A stretch of DNA of 64,000 bases from Lama guanicoe (taxonomy: Eukaryota), in the NCBI GenBank assembly GCA_013239625.1, contig MU054187.1, positions 19,026,711-19,090,710 on the forward strand, read 5' to 3'. Position numbers and translations under genes: made by a program. The notes beneath the pieces were generated by a model. The model made no database searches. It was not told the origin of the DNA and saw only the letters and a program-made list of their open reading frames with translations. Below are positions 51,673 to 64,000 of this stretch, piece after piece (within the stretch, counting starts at the first letter, position 1; the number at the start of each line of letters is the position of its first letter).

Positions 51673-53708
51673 CATCTCTGGTTTGTAGAACAGCTTGAGG
51701 ACAAGAAGAGCAGGGATGGAAAAGCACAAAGAGAATGGCCAGTTATTGAACACGTGAATTGGCGTCTCAGGTACATGGGGGATGGGGGGAGAAGAAGTTA
51801 CAGGGATGCTGTCAGGGAAAGGAATGGGGCCAGATTATAGACGCTTTGAGTGATCTTGACTTGTCAAAGAAGAATACGTCGTTGTCCTGGGAATTTATGT
51901 TCAGCAGTGAAACAAAGACTTTATCCTTTATGAAAAATAGAGCGTACACAAAAATTTTTGTGGACATAACTCATCTCCCTGGGGACTTACTGTAACACTG
52001 ATTATATGAATTCTAAACACATCAGAAGCCATACAGAGCTTGCCCTTAAATGGAAAAAGATATATTTTCAGAAAGCTAAATTAAATGTTTACATTTCACC
52101 AAGAACAGCTCTTGGCAATACTGAACATTCAAAATTTTTCTAAATAAATTTCTACTGTATGGTAATTTACAGATATTAAATTAAGATGAAACAAGCTAAT
52201 GAATATTTACAGCAAAAAGAATAAACTATGAACTTGTTTAGACACTAAATGTTGGTTTAAGGAAGGTTTTAAAGTCATATGTTTAGATAATGAGCACATG
52301 AAAATAGTGGCTCTCTAAATCACAGATATAAAACTAATGACTAAAATACTAACACATTTATTTTTTACTAGTTATTCTAACTAGTACAGAACGTCTTACT
52401 TTAAAACAAATCATTCAGATTAACAATCAACAAAAACAAATCGACAATCTGGTTGTTTTTGCTGCTGCGTAAATATCCATATTTGTGTTTATTGATGTTT
52501 TAAATTTAGCTCTGAAAAAGCAAGAATTCACATGACATATTTAGAAATCCCTTAAAAAAATCTAAGCATTAAGGAATATTTTCTGCTATTTTTTTAAAGG
52601 TCTAAAAAGATATTTTTGAGTAACTGGGTATATCTGAATACAAACTGGACATTAGCTGCTAATAAGGAAATATTTTAATGTGGTTGGGTTAAATTAAAAA
52701 TAAAATCCTTTTCCATTAGTACGTACGTACTCAAGGATTATGGACACGATGATATAATGTCTGGGATTGACCCTTAAAATACCCCACTTAAAAAGAAAGG
52801 GAGTAGCTGAAACAAAGCTGCCAAGATGTTGATGATGGTTGAAGTAGGGTGACAGGTATGTGGGGGGTTCAGTATATGATTCTATTTCAGTGTATGTTTG
52901 CAAATTTCCATCACAAAAGGTAAAAAACAAAACAGGTGTTTTTCGTGAATGAATAATTTCCTTGAAAGTACACTCTCCTTCCAATTCAAATTTTACACCC
53001 TCCTTCCAATTCAGATTTTAAATACATATACTGACACAGTGTTACATATTTCTCTTGCAGTGACCTGGTTAATAAAGCAGCAGAGCATGTGTATCTTACT
53101 AACGATCACTCACTTTTATCAAGTACATCCCACAGACTGGGCACTGCACTCGGTGATTACTGTGCACTGTTCATTTAATGTCTGCAACAACCTTTTGATC
53201 TAGGCTTGACTACTATGCCCATTTTACAGGTGGAGAAATTGAGGCTTGGAGAGCTGACATTTCTCACCAAGGTAAAGACAGCACCTGGATTCAGGCTCAG
53301 GCTGCCTGCCTCTAAAGTCTGTATGTCTAACCCTTGCCCATGCTGCCAGGTGGATTAGCAGGACTACGGATGTACTTATAATATATATAATAGTGAGAAA
53401 GATGTAGGAAATGGCTCGCCTGTTTCTCCCTCGCCACAGCCATGGCTCGGGGCCAGATTTGTGATCCCCTCAGATCCAGCCTGGGTTCAGCCACAGATCA
53501 AGCCGTTGTTTGAAGCAGAAAAGGGGAAAGATGCAGCTCTCAGACAAAGAGGAGGAGCAAAGACAACCAACAGAAGTCTCTTCTCACTGACAACAGTTCT
53601 GCAACTGTTTTTTTTTTTTTCTTTTCCCCAATAATACAAAATAACTAAAACGCACAGTTTGCCTTTTTTGTGCCTTCTGATGCCTGGTTGTATTTTGCAG
53701 GACAGGAC

Positions 53709-53742
53709 NNNNNNNNNNNNNNNNNNNNNNNNNNNNNNNNNN
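53709..53742. other. Assembly gap (34 N)
   Basis: Read directly. Confidence 0.99.
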
Positions 53743-53910
53743 GTCCCGCGCGTGAGCGACCGCACAGCTGCAGCCCTGCGAGACCCCGCCCCATGAGCTC
53801 ATCCCCTGGCAGCGCCGCGGAGGGTGACATCATGCTTCAGGGGGGCGCCGCCGGGCCGCCGCCGCGGGAGCGCTCCCGCTTTTCCCGAGGACGGGAAAAA
53901 TTAGCCTCGG
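53743..53910. promoter_or_regulatory. Intronic CpG island, truncated by the gap
   Basis: CpG-dense; GC box ccccgcccc near 53783; E2F-like ttttcccg / cgggaaaa. Confidence 0.6.
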
Positions 53911-54425
53911 TATTTCTAGCTGTTCCTGAGGAAATGGCATTTTATTCAAAGGTGTCGTGGGAAACTGAACACACTGCCTGCATTAGTACCGGTTTCTGCG
54001 CCAAAGACAAACAGAGCTTATCAGTAAATAAGTCACTGATTACTGTCCTTATCAGACTATGAAGCTAAGCGACGTTCTTCAAAAACAGGGTCCAGTTACA
54101 ATGGCACGAGATAGTCTTGGTGCTTCTTCAAAGTTATTGCAGCCGAGGAGTATAAAAAAAACCCACAGAAATAATATTAAATCGTAATGATCATTATATT
54201 TTTAGCTCTTGCTGTAGACTAGGAATGATGCTAAATATTTTACATATGCTATCTAATTTAATCCCTATTACAACCTTACAAAGTAGTCATAACCTTCCCC
54301 CTCTACCCTCCCTCCACATGCACACTTCGCAGATGAGGAAACTGAGGCCTGGAGAGGGAGGTAATTTGCTAAGGTCAGACAGCAGCAATTGGCAAAGCCA
54401 GCTGGACTATGATCCAAAGCCTACA

Positions 54426-54515
54426 TTTTTAAAAAAAAAAATTTATTTTAATGGAGGTACTGGGGATTGAGCCCAGGACCTCATGCATGCTAAGCATGGG
54501 CTCTACCACGAGCCA
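54426..54515 (-). mobile_element. Vic-1-like SINE, partial
   Basis: ggaggtactggggattgagcccaggacctcatgcatgctaagcat...ctctaccac. Confidence 0.8.
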
Positions 54516-54762
54516 CTAAGGGGTAAACTCTTCCCCGCAAAGCCCTCCCTGATCATCGCTGTGCTACACTGCTCTGCAGGCCCCAGGACAGGCCTATGCA
54601 TGGTCACGTTTGATAGTTACTCAATAAAAGGGAGGATTGTTTCCACTGAGAAATCACAGACTACCAAAACTGGGATGTCTGCCATGCTTGCCATTTCTCA
54701 CCTCACTAGACACTCCATCTTGTAAAGGAGAAAGTTGAGGAGAGTAGTATTTATTAACCTAC

Positions 54763-55460
54763 TGTGAGATAAGAGAAAATATAAATTATAAATATAAATA
54801 TAAAAATATAGGTCTCTGCCCCTGGTTCCTAACACAGAGCTCCTAAAATTATAATTTACTAAATGATAAGAACTAGGAGCATCTTTAGTTCCAATATTTA
54901 GTCTTTGACCCCGGTTCCTGACACAGAGCTCCTGAATCCCTTGGGATTTTCTGGGTGAGAGGCGTGTCTTTTGTTCTAATGAGGTGGCTCTTGGTGGGCT
55001 TCTGCGTTGGGGCTGGTCATCAGCAAGATCAAGCAATGATTAGAAGCTTGGAATTTTCAGCCCTACCTCCCAGTCTCCAGAGAGGGGACAGGGACTGGAA
55101 ATGGAGTTAATAATTGATCATGCCTATTGTGATGAAGCCTCCATAAAAATCTCCCAAAGTCTGGAGAGCTTTCAGGTTCATGAACACACGGAGATGCTCC
55201 TTGCCCCTTCCCACACACCTTGCCCTATGCATCTCTCCCACCTGTATCCTTTATCAGATCCTTTTATAATAAACTGGTAAACAATGAGTAAACTCTTTTT
55301 CCCAGTCCTGTGAACTGCTCCAGCAAAAAGAAGTTGTGGGAACCTCAGATTTACAGTTGATTGGTCAGAAATACAGATAAAACCCAGACTTGTGATTGGT
55401 GTCAGAAGTAGGGGGGCAATCTTGTGGGACTGAGCCTCCTCCCCGACTTCAGATGCCAGT
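54763..55460 (+). mobile_element. MER21-like LTR
   Basis: tgtgagataag start, internal duplicated ggttcct(a/g)acacagagctcct, and tcttgtgggactgagcc, the reverse complement of the motif in the 35855 LTR. Confidence 0.75.
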
Positions 55461-56659
55461 GGAGGAGAAGAAAGACTAGACAGAGAAGGTGGGAAGAAAA
55501 CTACTAAAAGGAGAGGAAATGTGATGTGGCAAAATGCTCGCGTGTGTGGCTCTACAGTCCAAAGGATTTAGATTTGGGTACCAGCTCTACTACGAAAGTT
55601 GTAGACTCAAAGGCTTTCTCGGTTTTCTCATCCATAAAATGGGGTGATAAAACACTTCTCATAGCATTGTTGTGAAGATCAAGTAGGATCACATACAGTT
55701 CTGAACCTAGTGCTGGCTGATTAGGTATAACGAACTCTCACCCACAGAGAATAGATTTTGATTACTACTGGAACCGCCCCCTCCCAGGGCCAAGGTCAAA
55801 TTTCTGATAAGCCCTATCAGAGAATCACCTGGAGGATGGCTTCTTATCTGTGCCTAAGATATCTGTATATACAATTACACGCCCAGTTCTAACACCTATT
55901 AAACTAATTAGGCAGACTGATTTTAACAGCACCAAAATCTACGCTCTAGGATACTGGGAACAGAACACTCCTGGGGAGTCGCACTAAGAAAGGGACTTTA
56001 AGCTGCAGTCACACGGCAAAGAAGTAGATTTTTTAAAAAGTAATTCCTATGAAAGGATTTCGTCTCATATTTAAAAGGAGAAGCACATATACTTCCGGAA
56101 AATATTCTCTGTACACTTCATGACGATATCTGAAATCATGCTGTACTGGTTTAGCAATCCTTCACAGTAGTTGTGGATTTAGCTAATCATAATCCCAGGT
56201 GATAAAGTAAAATAATTATCAACAGTAAAAAATATATTTTAATTTCTAATAAAGAAGCTAGATGTATTTTCTCCAACTGTGGGAGCATCCCCATCCCCTA
56301 CTATTTTAAACTGAATGTTTGCAAACGACATTACTTCTGAACTTTGCCCCAAAACAGTAAAGCTGGCGGTTCATACTAGGAGGAAGGTAATCTCTGTAAT
56401 GAAACAGAAACCCCTCAAATAACATGAGGTGAATTTGTTACAAAGTGAGAAATGAAAGGGTGATATGGATGTTTCATATGCCCAAGTTTTCATTAAATTT
56501 TGAAGAAAAATAGAATCGTATAATTTGATAACTGAAACTGACTTCTAAGACACTTACTTTAAATGCTCTTATAACTGGAGCATTCCAGCTTCAACTAGTG
56601 ATTTGGTGGCTGTCAGAAGGAAGCAACTACTTTAAAAACAGTTTGGGTTTAACCCATTA

Positions 56660-57010
56660 TCTCTTAGACTGGCCTCTCTTTTTGAATAAATACTTGCCAT
56701 TTGAGAACAAGCTGCCATGTCATGAGGACACTCAAGCAGCTCCCTGGAGAAGCCCACACCGAAAGGAACCAATTTCCCATCCATATAAGTGAACCCCCTT
56801 CAAATGGCTCCAGCCCCAGCCAAGTCTTTTGATGACTGTCCCCAGCCAATATCTGATGGCAACTTCACGAGAGACTTCGAGGAAGACCCAATTAGCCACT
56901 CCTGAATTTCAGACTCACAGGAACTACGAGAAAGATTAAGTGATTACTGCTGTTTTAAGTTACTAAGTCTTGGAATGATTTGTTATATAGCAATAAATAG
57001 CTAATCCACC
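56660..57010 (+). mobile_element. MLT1-like LTR remnant
   Basis: gctgccatgtcatgagga...tgttttaagttactaagtcttggaatgatttgttatatagcaata. Confidence 0.6.
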
Positions 57011-57644
57011 CATCAATTAAGTTTTAAATTTCAGTTCTTGTTTTTTTCAGTTGTTTCACTTTTATAGTTTCTAGTTCTCTTCTAAAATTTCCAGTCTTTT
57101 TAAAAATCTCATGGAACATATTAAGAATATATTTTTTAAAAAGTCACCGTGTGCTAAATTTTTATGTAGAGACTTGCGTTTCCATTACCTGTTGTTTTTC
57201 TTGGTTGGTTTTTTTTTTTTTTTACTGTTTTATCTTCTCAGGGACCTGATTACTATTAATTAAGTAGTAGACATGGTAGGTGAAAATCTGTAGAAATAAT
57301 CTGAAACCTTGATGGCATCCTCTTCCTTGAGAGATACTTTGCTATTGGCAGGGTTAGAGACCAGCACTCTGGGGTCATCTTGATTCAATTTCAAGGATTA
57401 AAAACAATTTGAAATTGAGCTTCAGGCTTTTAGAGAACAGTCGACTTTCAGTTCATTCTTACTCCTAGCGGGTAGCTATTTAGTGTCTCAATCCAAAGCC
57501 TGGAGCATGTACTAGCCTCATTCCAGCTTTGGCAGATTCTAGACTCGGCAGTTCCACTCCTCTATTCTGTAGGGCTGTCAGGAGCCTTGTTCAGCTTCTC
57601 AGCCTTTCAGGTATGTCTTCCAGTGGCCCCTCATGGCCGGCTCA

Positions 57645-57702
57645 CTCCTTCTTTTCTTTCTTTCTCTCTTTCTCTTTCCCTTTCTTTCTTTCTTTCTTTC
57701 TC

Positions 57703-57735
<33 letters not shown>

Positions 57736-57805
57736 TTCTTTCCTTTCTTTCTTTCTTTCTTTCTCTCTCTCTCTCTTTCTTTCTTTCTTTTTTTTTTTCT
57801 TTCTT

Positions 57806-57839
<34 letters not shown>

Positions 57840-57853
57840 CCCCCCCCCCCCCA

Positions 57854-57916
<63 letters not shown>

Positions 57917-57998
57917 TTCTTTCTTTTTTTCTTCCTTCCTTCTTTCCTCCCTCCCTCCCTCTCCCTCTCTCTCTCTCTCTTTCTTTCTTTCTCTTTTT
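57645..57998. repeat. ~350-bp pure polypyrimidine tract: (TTTC)n, (TC)n, poly-T, poly-C
   Basis: Read directly; only isolated purines. Confidence 0.97.
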
Positions 57999-60347
57999 GC
58001 TAAGGGTCTAATAGCATCACTTCCGCAAACCACTCTCATACTGTAAGAATCAGTATTCTTTAAATCAAGTTTTGAACAACTGCCAATCCACTCATTTATG
58101 ACAAGTCAGCTGGTCAGAGCAGAATATGAAAAAAAGAAAACTTTTGATAGAAATAAACGGTTTCAAGAGAACATCAAGCAAATTTCTCTAAGGCCAAATC
58201 ACTGGACAGGCAGGCCACTGCTCCTCAGAGTCAGCCTCCAGAAAAGGGCCAGGCTGTGGTTCTGTGGAGAACCCAGTAGAATATCCCCTACTGTTTTCGG
58301 GATCATTTGATACTATCACTATATCGGGAAGCCTACCTAAAAATTAGTTACTGAACAAAAGAAAGAAAGAAATGTTTCAAACACATAAGGAAATCTTATT
58401 TTTATAGTAATAAGACTACTAGTAAATATTCACTTCTCGAAAAGGTCAAAATTTAGACCAATCCTCCTACTTAGAATACTTGCTGTCTAGTATAAGATCG
58501 AACAAGATAAACTAGAATTTAACCTGTCAGGTACCTTTGATTAGGAATGGAGGAAACAAACCTTACGTGTAAAATGTCATTTTAAAAGGAATATGTATTA
58601 AGTATGTGTTACAGACAAAACCTCTTTTTTCCTGCTGAAATATAATTTATCTAAAATAGAAAGATGAACATTTAATCACAATGCCTTTGCAAGTTTTACC
58701 CTATATCCCAACTGAGTAACAGGAATTTTAGAAGAATTACAGGATGAGAGAATCACACTCCTGATTTATAGATTTGGGACTCAAATGTTCAGAGTAGGTT
58801 ATTTGTTGATTGTATTTTTACCTCCATCATTATCTATTGGTGGCTATCGGCCACCTGAAGCTGGTCCTCAGACTATGACATATCCACTAAAGGTAGACTG
58901 TGTACCCAATTAATCATCAAAATCAAATTTCTCGATTCATCGCTACCATGTCTCGGATTTGTCTCTCTCTCTAACTTTTCTACTCTTTCCAAATCATCTT
59001 GCAAATGGTTTATTTCTCTTACCCTCTCCCTCTGGACACATCCTCTCGGTTTCTATCTGCTTAAGAACCTTCAGTGGCTTCTGGGTACTCAGCCTGGTCT
59101 TCAAGTCTTCAACGTCATCTAATCTTGGTCTCCATATTCAAAATCACTTCCCATTACTTTTCAAACAAACCTCTACTTTACGTAAGTCAGTCATTTCTGT
59201 ATTCCTCACACAATGCTTATTTTTTGCTTCTGAGATTCTCTTCCAACTTAGATGCTCTCCTTTCTCCTTATTTATGCAAACTGTATCCATGATTTGGTCA
59301 TCAAATACCAAGGACCAAGCACTCTTATTTATAATGACCAATCACTACCTTCTCCTATATATCTTGTCTCTTAAACCTGATTCATGCTTGTAATTCCTTT
59401 TCTTTGAAATTATATTTTATTCATGGTCTAACATGCAAACATTTGAAGTGCATTATGTATCAGCTTTCATTTTATCAATGGTGTTGCAAACCTGCTGAGT
59501 CAGGGGATAGAATCTTTATAACCCTCTAAAGTGCCACTCACAAAATCCATGCTCAACAAATGCCTTTGAAATATATTCAGCCTAGTATCCAAATCTAAGT
59601 AACAGGCTTTTCATTGGACCATGATCAGCCTGCTCAGCCTAGGAGTTACCATTTGTTCCACTCCTTTTCCAGCTGCCCAGATGACAAAGCAGGAAGGTTA
59701 GAACTCATTTGGGTAGAGACCTGACTCCTGCTGGATTATTTCCTTCCTTGGGTTATGCAAGGAGATGAAATGACAAACTCTTCTATGTTAATTGTAGGTT
59801 CTCTACTTCATGGCTCCATGCTTTCAGTATAAAATATGAAGATCTTTTTTTTTTTGGCCAAATAAAGGATATTTAAACAAATTGGTAAATTTTTCCTAGA
59901 TGACTTAAGCAGGTAATTCTTTTAGACTCATATTCAGAAAATGTTGCTTTGGTACTTACATTTGACAGAGAGAAAGAAAATATAAACAGGAAAGAAGGAA
60001 TTCCAGTTTAGTACATTAACCAAGGAAAACATTAACTGTCCTTTGGAATACAGTCCACAAATAGTCTGTTTTGCTGCTGCAAGGTCAACAGAATTATCCT
60101 GTGGTTTCTCTGCCTAGTTGATAAACTCCTTTAGTTAAAGATTGCTTCATTCCTTTCAAAGGAGGCTGTCTGTATGATCACAGGCTATTTCAGTGGACAG
60201 TTTTTGAATCTTTTTTTTTTTTGCAACACATTTTCCCCAATGCATAAAGCCTATTTTGATGAAATAGCAAGAAATACAACCTTCTGCTCCTAAGTTCAGA
60301 AGTCTTAGAATTTTGGTAGCTCTTATTTAAAACTTAATTGATTCTAT

Positions 60348-60536
60348 ACCAGTGGTCCTTTACTCTGACTGTCCATGAAAATTACTAAAAAAGTTTTTAA
60401 AACATATTGATACTTGAGCCCATCACAGAACTTTTCATTTAATTAATCTGGACTAAGGCTTTGGACCCTAGGGTTTTGTTTTGTTTTAAAAGTTCACCAG
60501 GTGATTTTAATGTGCATCATGGTTAAGAATCACTGT
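60348..60536. mobile_element. MER5-like hAT element
   Basis: ccagtggtcct...ccaggtgattttaatgtgca...ggttaagaatcactg. Confidence 0.6.
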
Positions 60537-60673
60537 TAAAAGTGGAGACAAAATGGAAGGGCCAGAATAACAGGGGAAGAAAAATAAGTTTCTGAACAGT
60601 AATAATAAAAACTACAATTTACTGAGTGCTTATATATGTCTACCAGGCAGTATGTGAGCCATGTGTCATACCC

Positions 60674-61135
60674 TGTCAGTTATCTATCGCTGTGTGACAA
60701 ATTACCCTAAAGCTGAGTAGCTTAAAACAACAACATTAGTGTCTCACAGGTTCAGGAATTTGGGAGTCACTTGGCCTGGTGTTCTTGTTCAAGGTTACTC
60801 TTGAAGTTGTAGGCAAGACAGCCAGGACTTCAGTCATCTGAAGGCTTGACTGGGGCTGGATACCCCTTTTATAAAAAAGCTCAGTGGCAAAGTGGTTGGC
60901 AGGAAAATAGAGTTCTTTACTGACTGTTGGCAGGAGGGCTCAGTTCCTTACCACGTGGGTCTCCTCCGAGCTGCTTGAGTGACTTTGCAACACAGCAGCT
61001 GGCTTCCCCCTCCCCGAATAAGTGATCCCAGAGAGAGCAAGGAGGAAGTCACTGGCCTTTTATGACCTCGTCTTGGAAATTACACATCATCAATTATGCT
61101 ACATTTTACTCACTAGCAGTGAATCACTAAATATA
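60674..61135 (-). mobile_element. MLT1-like LTR, followed by an old L1ME-like fragment (~61140-61700)
   Basis: tgtcagttatctatcgctgtgtgacaaattaccc...gcttaaaacaac...atctgaaggcttgactggggctgga. Confidence 0.65.
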
Positions 61136-63295
61136 GTCTTTTTTCATTAATGTCCTTCTCCTCCAAGATCCATTCAGGATACCACATTACATTTAGTTGC
61201 CATGTTCCCTTGATCTGTGATGATTCCTCAATTTTTGTAAGTTTTTCAAGATCTTGATTTTTTTTAATTATTGAAGTATAGTCAGTTTACAGTGTTGTGA
61301 GATCTTGACTGGTTTTAAGGAGTACTGGTTACTTATTTTGTATCATGTCCCTCAGTTTAGGTTTATCTGATGTACTTGCTCATGACTAGACTGCAGTTAA
61401 TGAGTTTTTGGAAGGATTAGCACAGAGGTAGAGTGTGTTTCTCATCACACCACCTCAGGAGGAAGATCATATCAACACGATGGCTCTCTCATCAGGTTCA
61501 CCAGGACCATTAGATTAAAGGGGTATCTATCAGGTTTCTCCACTGCAAATTTAGTATTTTTCCTTTTCCATGCTCCCTTCTTTGGAAGTGAATCACTAAG
61601 TCTAGTCCATACTCAGAATGAGGGGAATTAAGGTCTACCTCCTGCAGAAAGGGTTTCTACCCAAATTATTTGGGATTCTTTTGTCGGGAAGGTTTGGGTA
61701 GACATATTTTAAAGCTGCATACATAAATCCTATCATTTAGTGTTTACAGCAATCCTATAAGGACTACTGTTATTCCTCCTTTATAGATAAGACATCTCCA
61801 GCTCCAAACAGTTGTCATATGCCCGAGGTGACACAGCCAGTAGACTGGACCTGGTATTTAACAGGAAGCAAGTTTGATTCCAGAGTTTATATTCTTTTTA
61901 CTGAACCCCTTAACCTTTGCACTAAATAAGAATCTGCTTTTAGCATCATTCAACTGTGTTTTTAATATTCTACAAAATTCCCAAGAACTCGTTAAAAAGG
62001 GCAATACTGAGCTTGCTTGATTATACCTTGTGGCATATCGTTTCCCAGATGTATGTCTGATTTTCCCAATCAGACTTAGAAAGCAGTGACAGAGTTTCAT
62101 ATATTTTGCTTCCCCTGAACACCTAATACGCAGGCACTCCGGAAATACTTATTGGCGGAAGAGAAAATGACCCCTCCTCGCAGTTTCCCACGCTGTCCTG
62201 GATGTCTACCAGGGGATGCCAAAACTTAGAATGGTTGATCCCTTGGTACTCAGCCCCAGGGCTAAGAGCTGAGGGCATGACAGCATTCACATCAGAATGA
62301 CTGACTAGAACCTGGGGAAACTGTCGGCTAGAGCTGTAGGAAAAGCAGGAAGTGTTCATTGAATCCCTCTTTCTACTTTAATGAGCAATTGTGACTGGAG
62401 AGCAGACATCAATTTGGGTTATTTAACAAATGCTCAGTCCACTCAGGCAATGGGTAGAATTTTTGGATTTCAAAAATAGTGTGTTATTGTCATCCCACCA
62501 AAGATTAGGAATCACACTTCTGGGTCATACATAATAAGTCATTTTCTCCAAATCTTGGGTATTTGGGAATCTAGAATCCAGGAATCCATTAGTCTTTCCA
62601 TCATCCTCTCTTATATGGCAGACAGACATCCAGATGGCCCCGGTGGACTTTTCACACTTTGGTTTCATTGGAACACTGTCTCCCTGGGATACAGAAGCAA
62701 ACTTCTCTAATGAAAGGGACGCAGCAAACCTCCAGTCTTCTCTCCTCATCCTTCCTGACCCTGTCGTTTACTGTGTAGATGGATAAATGGAAGAGTCCAA
62801 AGGAAGGGGCTAGTTCAGGATATGTTAACATGCTAACAAACTTAGGAGGGGCTGAGCAAAGCCCTCCCTAGGAAGAAAATAGTTCATCAGACAATTCACT
62901 GCAAAACATTTTCCTTCCCTTCAGCCTTCTAGCAAGAAAGGATGTTCGGTAGCCACGTCTGGTTTCTCTCTCCTCCATTCAAAGCACTGTCTCTTAGAGC
63001 AGCAGAAAAGGAGGGGAAGGTTGCTTCCTCGCCTATGTCAAGAGTTAAGAGACTCTCAGGTCTAGATCTTTACTCACAGACTCCAGGGAAAAAGAAAAAG
63101 CCTTCCCACAAAACAATATGAGGCATAAGGGCTCAGAATTTATAACTATGCTTAAGGATGCACCTCTGTGATGTTAAGTCGGTAAACATTCTTACGTGTC
63201 CCACTAAATAAATATGAACTCAAATGTGCACTGGAAAGAGAGAAGCACGTGCCTGGGGATGTTCAGAAAAGCAGGCAGGTTTCAGAGCTGCCCAA

Positions 63296-63538
63296 GCAGT
63301 CCCGAGTCTCTTCTCCAGCCCATCACCGTCGGCACAGTGAGCTGGGGAGGGCCCAGCAAACTGGGATTCAAATCCCCACTCTCCCGGCTGCACCGTACCA
63401 TCATGCACACTTTCCATTCCAGCTGATCTGTGAGGGCGACTGGTAGCTCAGGCAGTCCCGAGTCTCTTCTCCAGCCCATCACTGTCGGCACAGTGAGCTG
63501 GGGAGGGCCCAGCAAACTGGGATTCAAATCCCCACTCT
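63296..63538. repeat. 87-bp direct duplication separated by a 69-bp spacer
   Basis: 63296-63382 and 63452-63538 differ at one base (accgtc / actgtc). Confidence 0.95.
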
Positions 63539-63839
63539 ACCACCTACTACGCACGTGACTTAAGCAGGTGAATCACTCCCTCTGTAGCTCAGTTTCCTCA
63601 CATGTGACACAGAGTCATCAATGCCTGACTGCACAAAGGATGCTTCAGTACATGATGCCTTTTATAATTATCAAACGTCCCTTTCTAGTGAACTTAAGGC
63701 TTAAGGATAGTGAAATGTGGCTCTAAATTAAGAAAAAAAGTTAGGAATTTTCACGATAAAACCAAGCGTGTGCTTCGAGGCTGCGGAAAAGGAAGACATT
63801 TCTAGAGTTGAAATGAGGTTAGTGTAAATTGAGGTGTGT

Positions 63840-64000
63840 TGTAACTGTTAAGTGCCATATTTTGAAGACTTATTTTGGAAAAAAATCTAAAATATCTTAT
63901 TAATAATTTAAAAATGTTGATTACATGTTGAAATAATGTTTTGAACATGTTGGGTTAGACAAAATATAATTTATTAAAGTTACTTTTCACTTTTTAAAAT
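63840..64000. mobile_element. MER3/MER33-like hAT remnant
   Basis: ttgattacatgttgaaataatg...tgttgggttagacaaaatata...ttattaaagttacttttcac. Confidence 0.55.

Larger units (their letters stand above)
22400..64000 (-). other. ZNF704: Part of a long ZNF704 intron upstream of the 22399 exon; continues beyond the window
   Basis: I found no N-terminal ZNF704 coding sequence (MTFTFQSED...DVPPAR in recalled orthologues) here; the region is repeat-rich and non-coding. Confidence 0.8.

Noticed and set aside
57529..58046. Long F/L/S-rich and K/E/R-rich ORFs
   Set aside because: Translations of the (TTTC)n low-complexity tract.
1..64000. A novel multi-gene or prokaryote-style system
   Set aside because: The window is explained by one eukaryotic gene plus known repeat classes; I found no additional supported genes or arrays.

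Overview
Mammalian genomic DNA, very likely a camelid, judged from about nine copies of a tRNA-derived Vic-1-type SINE. The whole window lies inside the ZNF704 (Gig1) gene on the minus strand. Four internal coding exons can be reconstructed with consistent splice phases: 22399-22296, 17744-17512, 6680-6580 (C2H2 finger) and 833-566. Everything above 22400 appears to be one long upstream intron; the first exons and the C-clamp-encoding 3' exons are outside the window. The rest is intronic DNA rich in retroelement and DNA-transposon remnants, microsatellites, two small CpG islands (one broken by an N gap) and a few local duplications. Almost all listed ORFs are spurious. I see no support for a new multi-gene biological system. 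The most notable observations are: (1) exon 17744-17512 has GG instead of AG at the frame-required acceptor, with no nearby in-frame rescue; (2) a SINE that appears to carry 3'-transduced sequence inside a 16-bp TSD; (3) nested insertions; (4) an 87-bp direct duplication around a 69-bp spacer of unknown origin. Repeat family names are from recalled consensus features, not database searches.
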